From the NCBI GenBank assembly GCA_043228905.1, contig JBHGNT010000005.1:12338001-12402000 (forward strand): DNA of 64,000 nucleotides. Direction: 5' to 3'. Source of the DNA: Azolla caroliniana (taxonomy: Eukaryota > Plantae > Polypodiophyta). The first letter of the stretch is position 1. Every line of letters starts with the position of its first letter. The notes below the pieces were generated by a model. It saw only the letters and a list, made by a program, of their open reading frames with translations, did no database searches and had not been told where the DNA came from. Made by a program: the position numbers and the translations under genes. Shown one piece after another: positions 26,014 to 40,843 of this stretch.

Positions 26014-27598
26014 CACCCATGGCATCCATACCAACGCTTTGGGCCTCGGTACCAGCCATGCCATCGATCAGCACTTGGACTTTGTATAATTTGCCATCTC
26101 ACACTTGGCTACAATTTGACTAATGGCTTTGGTAACGATCTACAATTCGCCCGTCAGCTTTCTTTGGTACATCACCAACCAACTCACAACTTTCGAGTCT
26201 GGGGCATTGGTAACAATGGATACCCTTTGAGATAAATCCTCCTCCCTTCCTTCTCTTCACAATCCTCTTACACTATCAAGGTGTGTGGGGTCGGTCAGTC
26301 GGTCGGTCAGTCCACACCAAATGTGTTATGATGATCAGGGATAGGTTGGGAGTTATAATAGCCTTACTAAGCTCGAGCTTGAAAGATTAGAATTTGTTCA
26401 TATAAATATTCAATAAAAGAACGGTGGTTTCTAAGTCTCTTTACCATTATAGTTTTCAATCCTTCTCATACTCTTTTGTAATATATACGTATTGAAAGAA
26501 GATGGAATCCACGTCCTTAATAAAGCTCTACTTACAGAATGCCAACGCACTTGGTGGTGGTTTTTGGGGAAAATCCAAAGCTGTTTCTCTCAATACACAC
26601 AACAACACACACTTTAAAGCAAAGCAAAAAGTAGACAGATTTCCAAAGTGAAAAGTCTGTTTGGAATGATTTCTAGCATTTAATAAGGTAGGCTTTATAG
26701 AGATCAATGTTCTTTCTTGTTTCTTTTTTGGCCTCTTGCCTGGGGGCCAGGTGTGAGTGAGTGAGTGAGTTAAATGATAGTGACAATCTCTCTCACTGGT
26801 ATGTGTTTGAGGGAGGGGCCAATTCCAGACCTCTGAAGCCATTGTTACGATTTTATGTTGTCGGGGATGCTTAGCATCATACATATAGAAGTATGTATAT
26901 TTCACATTTAATGTCTACGTGGCCTGCTTTTTTAACAGAATACAGAAAATTTAATGTCTCGTAATTCTGTTTGTTTTAGGATATTGATGTACCTAGAATG
27001 ACTAGAAATGAAACGGTTTTTCTAACCTTAAATATGTGCTAATTTTCTTGGAAGCTTTAAGTCTCACCTTTGTGCAATGACATCACAATTCACGTGGCGC
27101 AGTTAAGTTTCTTCTTCGTAAATCTTCATTTTCTTGTTTGAGTATGCACGTAATGTCTTTTATATTTCCACATCTCACCCCTACCATTTAGTGATGTTTA
27201 TAGTCCATTCCTATTTTGTTAGTTTATCTGTTCCTTCACAGAAATGGTTTGCTTTAATCTTTAACTTTAGCTAATAATCCTTGGGAAATGCATGTTCTTC
27301 TGCCCTTTGTTTAGTTAAGAATGTCAAAAAAAGTGATGTTTCACCACAATACACGAAAGTCTAATTTATTGAACACATGCACATGCATATATATATATTT
27401 AAACATGACAGAAATGTTCTACGTAGACATCGTATACAAAGAAAAAATGTCTAAAGGAACTATTCTAATCTATGCCATCTTTCAAGAGACAAGTCTAGCA
27501 AAGCATTAAACTTGAATGGTCAAAGGGGTTCACATGTTAGCATCAAGATTGAGACGAATTCTCATTTTCTTTCTATTCACATGCATTAGGAGCGACAT

Positions 27599-28955
27599 TG
27601 TCGTGATGTTTTCAACACAGTGTGAAACCACCCTCAAAAAGAAGTAAAATAGTAGTTTGAATAAACAAGGAATTTGAAGTCAACTTTAATACTACTCAAC
27701 AAAAATACTTTTTCATTTGCCAAAGAGCATTCGTTCTAAATAAATGGGCAAAGGATTATCTACAATAAATGATGAGGAATATAAAGTGAGGCGGTTTTCA
27801 AAAGTAAGCAAAAAGATGGGAAAACAAAAAATGCTAAGCGTGGATATCAGGATCAAGGTAGAGTAAAAAGCTCGTAATTTCCTCATTCAATGTCCAAATT
27901 AGAAAAGGAAAGATGCATAAGAAAGCTAACACAAAGAGCTTTCCAAAAATACCTTGCACGTAAAAATTAAGATCACAGAAGAAAAATAGTGATGAAAAGA
28001 AAACTCGACTCGACAAGCTTTTTTTTAGGGGAAAAAGGCAAGCAATTCTAAACCTATAAATAAGAGCCTATTCTAGTGAAGACGGGGGAGAGAAGGAACG
28101 TGGAATCTCTACTCAATTGGAAGGTGAATGAAGAAGGATCAACAACATCTAGAGGCATCATCAGTTAAGAATCTCCCTCTTCTATATTCCGCTCTCTTCT
28201 TTTCTCTACCTCTCTTCCCCCTTCCTTTATAAATTATCTCTCATATTGATATCCAACCCGTTGTAACTTGATTCTGATTTATAAAAGAATCTGTTATTTT
28301 GCAATAAACTAATGTTTTCTTTCACCTACGTGTCTTATGTGTTATTGTCACTTGCTCTTGTGTGTTTGTGTCTTGTGACTAGGGAACGTTTCGGGCTTGC
28401 CATGCACATCACCGTTCACCAAGGCATTCGAAATTTTGTTTCCTGTGTGTGTATGTAAACCTTTTCCCTATGTGTTCGTGTGTAAGCCTTCCTCTCGTGC
28501 ATTCATTCGCCTTGTGACTAGGGAGCGTTTCGGGCTTGCCCATGCACCTCTCCTTTCACAAAGGCATTCAAACTTTTGTGTCTTGTGTGCGTGTAAACCT
28601 TGCTTGTGTGTTCGTGTGTCTTGTGACAATGGAGCGTTCAGGCTTACCCATGCATCTCGCCTTTCACAAAGACATTAAAATTTTTGTCTCTCGTGTGTAA
28701 ACCTTGTTTGTTTGTTCAAGTGTCTTGTGACAAGGGAGTGTTCGGGCTTGCCCATGCACCTCACCTTTCACCATGGCATTTGAAATTTTGTTTCCTGTGT
28801 GTGTATGTAAGCCTTTTCCCTATGTGTCCGTGTGTAAGCCTTCTTCTCGTGCATTTGTTCGCCTTGTGAATAGGGGTTGATTTGGGCTTGCCGTGCACCT
28901 CTCCTTTTCACGAACACGTTCGAATATTTGTGCCTCCCTCATGTTGTTCATGACA
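27599..28955 (+). mobile_element. Probable solo LTR (TGTCGTGA...TCATGACA) with internal tandem repeats
   Basis: Inverted termini; TATA (cctataaata ~28053); five ~100-140 bp units containing cgggcttgcccatgcacctc (28370-28920); 5' end matches the 45211 LTR; flanks ACAT/ACGC. Confidence 0.65.
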
Positions 28956-30823
28956 ACGCACAAAAACCGCAATTACACCCCATATGATTGGTTGCTATTT
29001 GACATATTGACATAGAAAAATGAACATTCATGTGTATTCTAGACAAGTCAAGCACTCATTGCTATGGAAATATTGTGGAAATTTTGAGGAGTGAGGTATT
29101 TATAGTGACCCAAACTTTTCGCTATTGTGATGCCCCACATTTTTTGGACCAAACTGCTGCTATCTAAGATGTTGAAACAAAAAATTGCAAAGAGTTTCGA
29201 TAACGAATAACAAGTACAACAATGGTTGGGCCCACTATTAGAGACATAAGTTTGAGCCCATGGCATTAATCTTAAGTGATATTTTTAATAATTTCGCGTG
29301 TGAATCGATAAGCAATCATTTTTTGGGATTTAAACTTGTACTATTGTTCATGAAACTAGGCAATTGTGGTCCCAATCATGTTTGCAAGTGAAGTAATTAG
29401 CATGAATTGAGTAGTTAAAAAGTGGAATTTGATTGCTAATTAGTCTTTGCAAGAAATGGTGCCCCAATAATCTTGCTATTCGTTTAGGATAACTTGGTAC
29501 CAACTAACTTTGTGAAGTGGGAATGATTGGTGCTGTGGTGAATTTTTTAAAATTATGATACTTAGTCTTTTTTTGGTAGCATTTCTCAGTTGAGTCAAGA
29601 TTTTTCTAGAAATATCTGTATATGTGCCAAACTGAACGAATTATTTTAAGAACAGCCGATTATGACCTCCTTAAAGTGAGTATTAAATATTAAATTTCTA
29701 TTGTAGTTTGTTGTTGGATTGGGTGGGGAAAATAAACCATTATTACATGTTAAAAGACAACCATATTACATGGTTTTAGAAGTCAACAAAGTCGCAAGTT
29801 AGCAGTAAATGATCTAGACATCAATGCACACATACATGGCCTGTCATGCATCTAGATGCCTGTCCAATCAATGAGAGCTTAGGAATGTAATCATCAATGA
29901 ATCACATGCTGAACATTGATTAACGTTGGGCATAACTCTCTCTAAACATAGTCCTAATTTTACTCATTACTCAGGAATTCAAATTACTCATAATTTTCAG
30001 TGTCTTTTTTACTTCGCAATATATTCATAATACCCAATATAAACCAACAACGAAATTATTGTGCTATTTAACTAAACAATGCACACTTGCTGGCAATGCT
30101 GATGCCACACATTGATCTAGGAGGAACATGTTGGTGTTACAATGCCGACCTTCAAGTATCATGTACGCATAGACCAAATGGCTTCATATATGGCAACCAA
30201 ACCTCATACATACTTTCAGAATCTTCCATCTTGATTATTTTATGGTAATTACTAAAAATAGTACAATACTTTTAGTGGATATGGTCAATTTCATACTAGA
30301 GAGCAGTCAGCGAAAATCATTTTCTAGTTACTAACATTAATATTTGTAACCTGACCTAGCATCACACAATCTTCACAGTAAGTGGTGGTTTCAACATCAC
30401 ACACGAGTGAAAAGGGAGTAAGAAATTCCTCTGTACAACTCCGAATAGCTACTCACTGAAAATCAACACAAAGTTTGGCCTACTACACACAGCATGCAAC
30501 AACATAATGCCTCATTTTGACCGACAAGATTTTCACAAGACACAACCATTTGGCTTTAAGAGATATTGATGTTTTTACTATTCCCCTTGATGGATAGTTG
30601 GACTGGAAAGTTTTCTTGAAAAATGCAAGGTACATATTACATTGTACATTCCAAAATTTAAAGAACCCAGGGGGTTTGTCCGAATCTTTTTTGAAAAAAG
30701 AACGAATGACATTTGTTATCATAAGCCATAAAACAAAAACTCTGCAAAATGTTCTTTTAAACATACTCACAATTTAACTACTTAATGAACAATTATTAAT
30801 AGAAGAGGAAGGCTCTGCTCTCA

Positions 30824-33800
30824 TCATCCTGCTATTATGCCACCAAGAACATCACTTTGACCCCGTGAATATATTGCATACACACATCGCAAAGCATCCA
30901 CCCAGCAATCCACCTCTTCCCATGTCTCTGCAATCTGAATGAAAATATTTCACAAATTAAAAAGGTTAAGGGCTTACCATACAATCAGCTTTCAATAACT
31001 CTTTTTGTTCATTACACAAGAGTCATTAATGCAATAAGATTTCTGTAAATGTACTTTTCATCCATCTCAACTGCTGTTACGGGCATGACCATATAATATC
31101 CCGTGGTCAGAATTTACCGTAGTATTCTATACACGTGGATAAGTGTGAGGGTTAAACGAGAGTGTAAAGAAGGGGAGAATTACTTTTAATCCTCGGGATT
31201 GAGACAACCCATTAAGACAAGTGTGAACTTGCTTGGGGGCCTTGGGTATCGTTATAAATAAGAGGCCTAGCTACCCTCATTTGATCATCTTGTTGACTAT
31301 GTTGAGACTCTGTCTTGTGGTGGGTCAACTCTTGTAGAGAGCGCGCCAGCACCAGGTACGACTCAACGCCACGGCGGTGGTATGGGACGCCGATCGAGGC
31401 TCGAGTTCGTCTCGATCCCTTCGCTCGGGGGTGGTCGGGTGGATCGGCACCCTTCTTTCTCTCTCTCCTTTCTATCTATTTATCTATTTTCTATCCTTAT
31501 CTAATGCTTACATTAGTCTATGTCTCTAACAATTGCAGACCGTTAATGTTACAGCTTTGCAAAGACATAGAGAACAAATGAACAATTATGGTAGAGTTTC
31601 TCCTAATGTGCAACAGCGACGTCCACATTCGATAGGAAAACATTGCATAAATTGATTTGATATCAGGGGAGAATGAAACGTCTAAGCTAGATTTTGTTTA
31701 TAGAAACTTGAATTTGTAAAGAGGTTTTTTACCAGATATTTTAGCCCATGTACAGTGTCAATGCAGAAACCAGCACCATGAGGAAGACTCAAATCAGCAC
31801 ATGGAATTACTCCACAAATGTCTGATATCTCAATGTGAAAAGCATAAGGAATCTCTGATTTCAGACTATAACCATCCACTGCAACATCGCTTCCCTTTGT
31901 TGAGTCAGCTTCAGAAGAGCCCAATAAATCCTTATCTACCTGAGAGTTTAATAGATTTAATGCTTCAATATTGAAGTACAAATATACAGCCCGACATTTC
32001 CATTCTGAGACAGCAAAGAAAATGTATTTTTCACCTGATATAGAGCTTCATGATCCAAAACAAACCATAGACGTCTCCAGTCGTTGTGTGTTGCAAGGCT
32101 ATCATTTTGTGGAGGAACTGAAAGATACCCTGTTTTGAGGTAGGCCAGTGGTAGCTGCAATAGTTAAAAAGAAAAATATTTTTTAATTGTGATTCAACAT
32201 TCATATATAAAACACTTTTAGGAATTTATGGACATTTGTGATTCAGAAATTTTATAAACATCTGTTGTATAACAGGTGGGCCAAATTGTAGCTGCAATTG
32301 TCATAGAAACAGCAAAAGATAGCACACTTTATCACATCCAAATTTAAGCCCTATGATACAACACTGTATCATAGGGCTAGATAAAATGATATACCAATAT
32401 ATAATAGGCATGAGATAGATCATGAAGCCCTATCTAATAACTCTGATCTAACCTTAGATCGCACTAGTCTTAATGCACTCTTGTAAACCTGCAAAAAATA
32501 GCAAAGATCATTCAGGATAATGTACCGTAATGCCATAGAACAAAGTTTCATTGTTTTATTAACAAAGATACAAGGGATTTTAGAAACCGGATACTCAGGC
32601 TTCAATGCATGTGCTGCAGCTACATAAACGGCTGATTGACTGTATAACTCTGTTGCGGTCAGTTCATGATTACTAGGTCGCTGGTCTCCACTTCTTGTTG
32701 TGTCCTCTGCCAAACCATACTACAAGTTTCAAACAATGAGCATTATGTATTTTTGGGCTTCTGATCAACCATATTTTCATCTCCAAACAGCCTCTCTAAA
32801 TGATTCGTTTACTCAAATATATGAAAATCGTAACTGATTTGTATATAAATCAATCACATCCTACTCTTTATCAAGCTATGTGTGTCAGGCCATAAATTCA
32901 ATATCATTTCATTTTTCCTCAACAGGAAAGTAGATTGTATACAATAACAAGATGTGAAGGCTCCAACTATAAAGAAGATATGCTTACCATAACAGTTCCA
33001 AGGTTGTAAATGGCACGGTGGAAATCAAACTGGAGTGAAATTGCTGCTCGAAACTGTATACAAATAAAAATTATCATAAACTTTCCTCTAAGTTGACTTT
33101 GATTCCAATGTCAGTTATTCAAAAGCATACCTTCTTTACTGCTGATTTCACAGTGGACCTTTTGTCTTTAATTGGGACAATTCCACTAAGTTCCTGTCCA
33201 TGCATTGAAGGCAAATACTAGAATATTGAAGAATTTGACACATAGGAGAGAAAAATTTAGAAAAGCATTCTGATATGTACTGGATATTCCAAGAACATTC
33301 TCCTAAAATAGAGATTAAACATTCGTTTTTATGTTAAATACACAAACAGTCTCTTGAACCTTATCCCTCATCAATCTCGATTTGAGAACATTACCATAAA
33401 TGTGACAAAAGAATCTTGTTATCTATACATGTAGAGTCTCAAGTCAGACACATGTAATTTCTGCTTCGAAAGATCTCCAACATGGATCAATCTAGAATGG
33501 AAAGATCCTCAAAGCAAAGGAAGCACATGCAATGGCAGGATAAAATGGCTTTTATCTGTCGACACCTGCAGGATCGTGGTCCACATGGTTAGGGACTATG
33601 TGCATGACAAATTGCTATTGTGTGATCTATTTTAACCCCTTTGCAGTATCCTGGACACGACTAGTGTATCCCTTTATTGACTTGCAGCATAAGCAGAAGT
33701 GATGGGGTTGAAGAAAGTTGCAATTCTTCTATGTTGATGAGCTTGTATGGTTGCACTATTGTCCTTCAACAACTTCTCCTTGTGTCTCTGAGTTCCCACA

Positions 33801-36800
33801 CGAATAGTCCAATGCGCCATTGATTCTCATATTCCATTTCCTTGGAGAGTGGGCCAAAGCTCAGTTAAAGAGGCGGTGGTATATATTGCTTATTCTTAAA
33901 ACAACAGCACAGTGACAAACATAGTATTCTTCCAATTCCACTCCTTGATGACACAATTGAAAGATTCTTTCTTCTAGAGGTTTGCGTGCATATCTGCCTA
34001 CCTCAATCTCTAACTAATGTGAAGAAGTTCGAACATGCCTTGTCACAGTACGAAGTGTGTAAAGAGTGTGCCCTATAGTATCTTCCTATTAAGAGATGTT
34101 GAGGGCTTTATCCATGTTCTTCTGTTATCCAATATGATAATATCAGTTCAGAGTACTCTATTCTTTTCATCTTTGGTCTTTTTTGAGTGGAGACAATCCA
34201 AGCTATATTTGAATGAGAGTAATGCCATGTAAGTAGAAGGGCTTCTAGCTACTACATGAGCAAAGCAAATGATACAATGTTGAAGGCTTTCCAAAGATCT
34301 ACAAAGCAGCAAAACTCCTCTTTTTATGGGCTCTGCCCTTGTTGATAAGGGTTCTCGGAAGGTCAATATGTGACCCAAAGTTGTGAAACCCTTTCAAAAA
34401 ATTGCCTGTCTGACTGAATGGCAGCCATTCCTCTCGGCCTATACACTCAATTCTAACTCTAGGATCATGCCATATAGTGTCACCAAGTAATGGCCAATTA
34501 TAGTTGTCCTATAATTGCTCAGTATCATGGTGTCTCCACTCTTGAAGATTGACATAATGGTATGTTCTGACCAGCTAGTAGGCAAACCTTACAACATAGT
34601 TCTCTATTAAAACATGTGCCAGCAGTGGGAGCAAGAAAGGTGTCACAGACATAGATAAAGTGCTCACCCACTAATCCATAATGTTCTTGGGCCTTTCCTG
34701 TGATAAAATCTGTTAATAACAGCAGCGGAACAGTTGTTTGAACAAAATAGACACAACCAAGCTGTGAGAAGGCTGTTAGACAGTAGCAAAAATGGTTCCA
34801 AAGAGTAGAGACACAGCCAAAGAGTAGAGCTTGTTTGCAAGTAGCAGCAAAAATAAAGTCTTTACAAATGAGGCTGGAATAGCCTATTTATACAAAATTG
34901 GAGAACGTGGGTGAAATGGTTGTTTCATAGTTATGTGACTCTTGTACTACCAAACAGGTACAATAAACTAGGAATAAGAGGGAATATCTTGGAAAACGTG
35001 GACAAGAGAGAAGGCATTTAAAGAGTTGCAGATTCTAGAGAGAGAATGTAGAAGAGAGATAATAAAGATGAAAGAGAGTGCAGGTCTGGAGCTGCCACCC
35101 TCCAACATTTCCAAATCGTAACTGATCAACAGCATTTCTTACATTTTGTGGAATAGAAAAGCTAGATTCACGTGGGCATTAGCCGTGTGGCTGGGGGCTG
35201 CTTGGGAATATCAAATAGTACCTTCGCATATTCATGCCACATCTGGGGTTGCCACTCATTAAACATTTTGTATGCCCTTTTACTTTCTTTTCATGGGAAC
35301 AAGTGTACATTTCTGCTTCACATTTAGCAAAATGTGATCTCTTTCTTCCTCACAAGGCATTGAAAGGTTGCTCTTGGTTGCTTGTGCAAACAAATTCCTT
35401 GAGTACCTTCGTGCTGCAAGTGATTCCTTGTGTCATGACATTCCTCATCATACTAACTGCAAAGAAATCTAAGGTGCAAGTGCAATTTAAAGTTCCTTCA
35501 TTTAAGTGCTCATCATATAAACTGTAAAGAAATCTCTGGTGAAACTGCAAATTGTGTGTACAAATTCCTCGAGTTACTTTATATTGCAAGTGACTCCTAG
35601 TGTCATAACATTCTTCATAATATTAACTGAAAAGAAAGCTAATGATGTTTGGCTACATCTACATGCATAGCTATTATGAGATATTTTTACCCTAAAATCC
35701 TCAAATTGTTTCAGAAAAAGGAACCAAGAAAAGCATGAGCATATTTAAGTTTCATTTAAATGATAAGAATACATGCATGCAGTGATTGCATGATAAACAA
35801 ATAAACATGAGAAAAGAAAAACACCTGAAGTGCCAAGCCCCAATTATTGAAAGCCTGTCAAACATACAACAAAGAACACATGGGAAATCATTCCATATGT
35901 AAGATATTTGATACCAAGACTTGAATAATTGAATACCTGTGGACTATTGTGGTTTAGCTGAACTGCTCTCTCATACCTTTTACATGCCTGCAGTTATTTT
36001 CAATTATTAATGGATTGCACTAGATTTTGAAATAATACATATGCATAAGACCTTTCGGACTTTCACCAAGTTACAAACAATCACTAATACTACCTGTTTC
36101 CACAATTCTTCAGCTTCTTTAGTACGTCCTCGTGCCTTAGCTCTATCAGAAATAGCAATTGCCCAATTGTAAAATGCCTGTTGCAAAATTATTAAGTTAT
36201 CACAATCTAAAAATCAAAATGCCATTAGCAAGATTCCTATATCAGAAATGAAATATCACTGTAAAAATGTCACTTTAGTAGCCAACACTCAAAGATTCAA
36301 AATCTTATGCAGAATTGATAATACTAAATATAATAACAAGAAGATGATTTCAATAACAAATGTTTACTAAAAACAACTGCTGTGCTTTCAGACATGGTCT
36401 ATAATGCTGTCTCCTATTTGTGGCCTTAAAAACCCACAAATCTAAGTAGATCTATGTGACCATTCAAGACAATTGATGTACAAGGTATTTCAGTTGCATA
36501 TAAGTCGTGTTCATTATCCACTGCATATTTTGTAATAAATAAAGATAATGCCTGTAGCAATCCATAAGTATCTCTGGGGCCTAGGCAAGATTCTTGTACA
36601 ATGCTTGACTAAAATATTTAAAGGTATTTAAAAAGCATAAACTCCTTGAGAAACAAGCCACCAGCAGTAATGTCTTCCTAACTTCTTCATTGCTTTGCTC
36701 ACTGCTTTATTAGTTCCCCATTGGAGACATCACTAATATGATTACGTACTTCTTTTATTCCTTGCCAGTTCTATTGGAACCATTCACAAAACTACACTTA

Positions 36801-39800
36801 AAAAGAGAACAAAATAAGCACAACTATGAGACGCAAAAAAAATCAAGAAAAGTTCTGATCACTAAATCAAATTCCAGATTCTTACATAAACTGAATTCTA
36901 AAACATAACCAAAGATAAAATATGTGTACACACCTCATGCAGAGTGGGACAAAGGTCAGTGGCAGCCTTATACTTTACACAGGCTTCTTCCAAAAGTTGA
37001 TCTTTTGCAGCACCACCAGTGTCACCATCAAGAATGTCTGCACTTTCCTAAGATTGTGCCATCATCACGCTTAATTTACATATTGGAAAGAGAAAAAAAA
37101 ATCCTTATGAAACAATAATATGCTCTTAATGATCTACACCTGTAAAACTAGGGCCCAATTATATAATGCATCATAATCTTGAGAGTTCCTCTGTACTGCC
37201 TTTGCACACCTAGAAAATCAAAGATAAGTATATTATAAATGAAAAGATAACTTAATAATGGAATCGCCTAAAGTAGAGAAAATAGAAACCCCTTCATGGA
37301 AATCTCATTTATGTTCTTGTGCACATTACCGTTTTGCAGCAAAGGAAAGAATCCGCTGCCGTGAATGTGTCTCCCCATCTCCAAATGCAACAGCATTGTA
37401 CAGCTCATCTGCACCTAGGATTGAAGGAGCTAGAGATTGACTTTCAATCTCATAGCTGAAACAAATTTACATTAGCTTCCTCTGGAAGAGAAACCATAAG
37501 TCAAGACAAACTAAAACAAAACTCAAGATATTTCAACGTAATTGGGAATATGATCATCTGAATGAAATTACGGAATGCCTACCTATAAAATAAGATTATA
37601 TTTCCAGTTGTTCGCACAAATTTTCCTTTTGAGAAATTATTGCTGAGGAAGAATTGCTACCGAAAAATGGGAATATACATGTTTCTTTCTACACTCATAT
37701 GCTCCCTGCATCCACTACTTAGTACTACTATAATCTCTAGGAATTTAATTGGTTCCTCTTAATGGCACATATTCTGGTACAGGACAACCGCATCACATGT
37801 AATGTAGTCTTGAGATCATATATGTATGGCCAGTGATGTAGGAGAACCACCTCTAATAAGAGAGAGAAGTGAGCTTAGAATGTAATCAGGTGTATTTTAA
37901 AGCACATAGTTCAAGGGTGATTCTCGGCAAGCAATATAGGAGGAATGGTTATTCTTGGCAACTATACGGTATAATTTTATGGGATTGAGTGACTGAAATC
38001 GTTCAAAAAGGGTATCCGAGTCTAGGGAACCTCCGATGACAATTATATGAGTCTGCAAGGAAATGAGATTCGTGAAAACACCATGGCAGTCAACTTGATA
38101 AAACTTGTCCTGATCAATCATAGGCATTGACCAGCCACAGTCTCAGATTGATTGCCAGCCTCTTCCCACACAAATTCATTAGAACACTCTTTTTTCTGGG
38201 TACTTTCATAAAAGACAGAAGACCCAAGCTTTCACATGGAATGGGGACAAAGCCATTTACTCACCCATGTACCCATCAATTCCAAATTACAAAGAACAGA
38301 ACAGAGATTCTTTACACTATCACCTCTGTTTCTTTTTTCTTCAATCTATGGATTGGAACGTCAAAGATGCTTTTGATTTTTTCATTTTATGCCAGCAACA
38401 ATGCATTCAATACATTCTCTTCCTATGGTTCTTTCAATAAGATATTGAACTATAATCTTCAGGCCAGAAACTATGACATACTCTCCCATTCTCTGCTACT
38501 TCTTCAAAACTAATATTCAAAAGTCACTCTATCTACTCAAGATGGCATAAAAAATTCAGTAAATATTTGCATGCACCCAAACGCTGCTTTCAAATTATAT
38601 ACAAAATAAATCATTTTCATATTTATGTCTTCTTATAAGTTGTTTTAAGCAACAACTACAAAGGCAACTAGCATTGACATTTTTTCTCTTCTATTTCGGA
38701 TCCACCTTTCAATAACTTGAAATAACAATTGATTCCCTTCATCTTATATAGCAGAGGAAACAGCACAAATAAAATGACTCCAGAAGATTATATATAGAAA
38801 TAAGTCACGAGAAGACTGGTTTCTGGCAAGGGAAAATATGAGCACAGCCAAAGAATACCTTGATCCCAACAGAATGTTGATGAATATAATCAACACTGAG
38901 CGGAGAGAACCTGTGGCACAGCTAAATCATGCTTATTGCAAACGTGATTACAGAGTTTATATTGATCATTGTAGGATTAATGTAGTTGGAATCAGCCGGA
39001 TAACAAATTAACATTTGTTGCTTTTCCACGAGTTTCAGTTTCCATTACCGTCAATCCTATTAATATTAAAGCTAAGCCTTCATAAGATAAGAGATGCATA
39101 AGAAGAGAATTCCTCTGAACATTTAGACCCCTCCAGAAGTAAAGACATCATCAATCACATGCAGATCAATGTCATCAGCTGCAAGTGGAAGGAATCTAGA
39201 TTCAATGGAGCCCTAATTTTATCTAAGAAGAACACTTACACATGTCATCAAGAAGAATATTTAGAACGAATGTACATCTACAAAAGGAGAAGATAATGTA
39301 CATGAAATCATGCTCCATTGGACTCAAAATATGCTTCCTATGCTATTCCCAAATGCATCAAAGAAGAAAATTTGCACATTAACACAAGGAAGAGATGCAT
39401 CTTCATTGAAAAAGCATACACTTCAATAACCTTTAAAAGAATTTTACTTATGTATCAAAGAAGAAACACTTCCCTAAATGCATCAAGAAGAAACCCTTAC
39501 ACATCAATAGAAGGAGGAATATCCATTGTGGATTGAAGAAGTGACCGATCAGCTTCTTCTTGGTCAGAAGATTCAGGATCAGAATTGGCATCCGAGTCAG
39601 AATGTAGATCGGGATCAATTGAAGGAGTATTTTTCATGGACAGATCTCTGAATTCTGCAGCCATGATGTCACCAAGGGTGCCATTCGCATAGTGGGTAGT
39701 GATAGTATCGATGCCTGAAGGTGATGGAGGAACATGATAGTGCTCAGATAGGTTGAGGAGTTCATTGTCAGAGTCTTTTTCCTTCTGCTCTACTACCAGA

Positions 39801-39844
39801 GGAGCTTCCCCAGGTACTACTACTAGTTCGGCTTCCCCTGCCAT
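30824..39844 (-). CDS. HLB1: HLB1-like TPR protein (~517 aa); exons 39501-39844, 37330-37455, 37140-37209, 36934-37047, 36094-36177, 35937-35987, 35825-35854, 33131-33193, 32988-33053, 32588-32719, 32453-32488, 32035-32154, 31733-31939, 30824-30934
   Basis: The spliced translation gives [84 protein letters not shown] and [13 protein letters not shown], matching my recollection of Arabidopsis HLB1. All junctions are GT-AG and in phase. The acidic first exon is the least certain. Confidence 0.88.
31075..31531 (+). mobile_element. Solo LTR in the last HLB1 intron
   Basis: TGTTA...TAACA termini; TSD ACTGC/ATTGC; TATA box tataaata ~31253. Confidence 0.7.
33400..35107 (-). mobile_element. Old, decayed copia-like remnant in HLB1 intron 7 (putative LTR ~34711-35107)
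   Basis: Degenerate PBS-like ctgtgataaaatc before TGTT (34711) and ...TCCAACA (35107); cctatttata motif; faint gag-like coding texture. Boundaries are approximate. Confidence 0.4.
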
Positions 39845-40843
39845 GAAGATGAAGATCAGTTGGAATGTTGTGTTCTCGCTAACTCAGACAATGTTTTATT
39901 ATTACACACGATATGGTCAACAGTCTTCTATTATACATATGTACTTACTTACTCACATACATACATAGATTGACCCATGCGTAATAAACGTGGTATTCGA
40001 CATTCGTAATATTCTCGACATTCGAGAATATAAAACGCCCCAAGAATATTATAAAACCATCGTTTACATACATATACATGTACACACATACATATATGAT
40101 ATATGTATGTGTATATACATACATATATGATATATACATATACATATACACACATACATATATGTGTATACACACACATATATCACTCATATATGTATAT
40201 ACACACATACATCAATAATTAATTAACTCACTAATTAAATAAATAATTAATTCACTTAAACATTAATTGATTCACTATACATTAATTAATTTACTAATAC
40301 ATATCTTAATACATTAAAAAATTAATTAATTCATTGAAAAATATTAGTTAATTAACTAATAATTAACTAATTAGGGCTTCTGCTAAACTTAGGGTTTCAA
40401 TGAAAGCCTGAGTTTGCAGCAGAGAACATGATGTAGGATTAGAATAGAGCATGAAAGGGAGTCAAGGACATGGGCTGAAAAGAAAGAAATACTGTCGAAA
40501 TTAGGATTATGATAGAAATTAGGGTTTTCAACCGAAACCCTAATTTCTTGGCCGAGAACAAGATGTAGAGGGAAGTGAGGGCAACACGCACAGGGAGTAG
40601 GGTGAGGGTTCCTCGCTCGCTACTCACTGTGAGCGCTCATAGGAAAAAAATAGTTTTTTATTTTATTTTTTAAATTAAAAAAAAACATGCACAAGGAGTA
40701 GGGTGAGGCTTCCTCGCTCGCTACTCGATGCTCGCTGCTCACTGTTCATCCACTTGCTTACAAGAAAAAAGTAGTTTTTTATTTTTTAAATTAAAAAAAG
40801 AAAAGAAAACGAATACATTTACATGCATTCGTGGGGCAGGCCC

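Noticed and set aside
28370-28920. CRISPR-like repeat/spacer pattern
   Set aside because: The intervening sequences are homologous to each other, the context is a eukaryotic LTR, and there are no cas genes.
38859-38910. Possible extra HLB1 exon flanked by AG/GT
   Set aside because: At 52 bp it would shift the frame, exons 1 and 2 already join in phase, and there is no transcript evidence.
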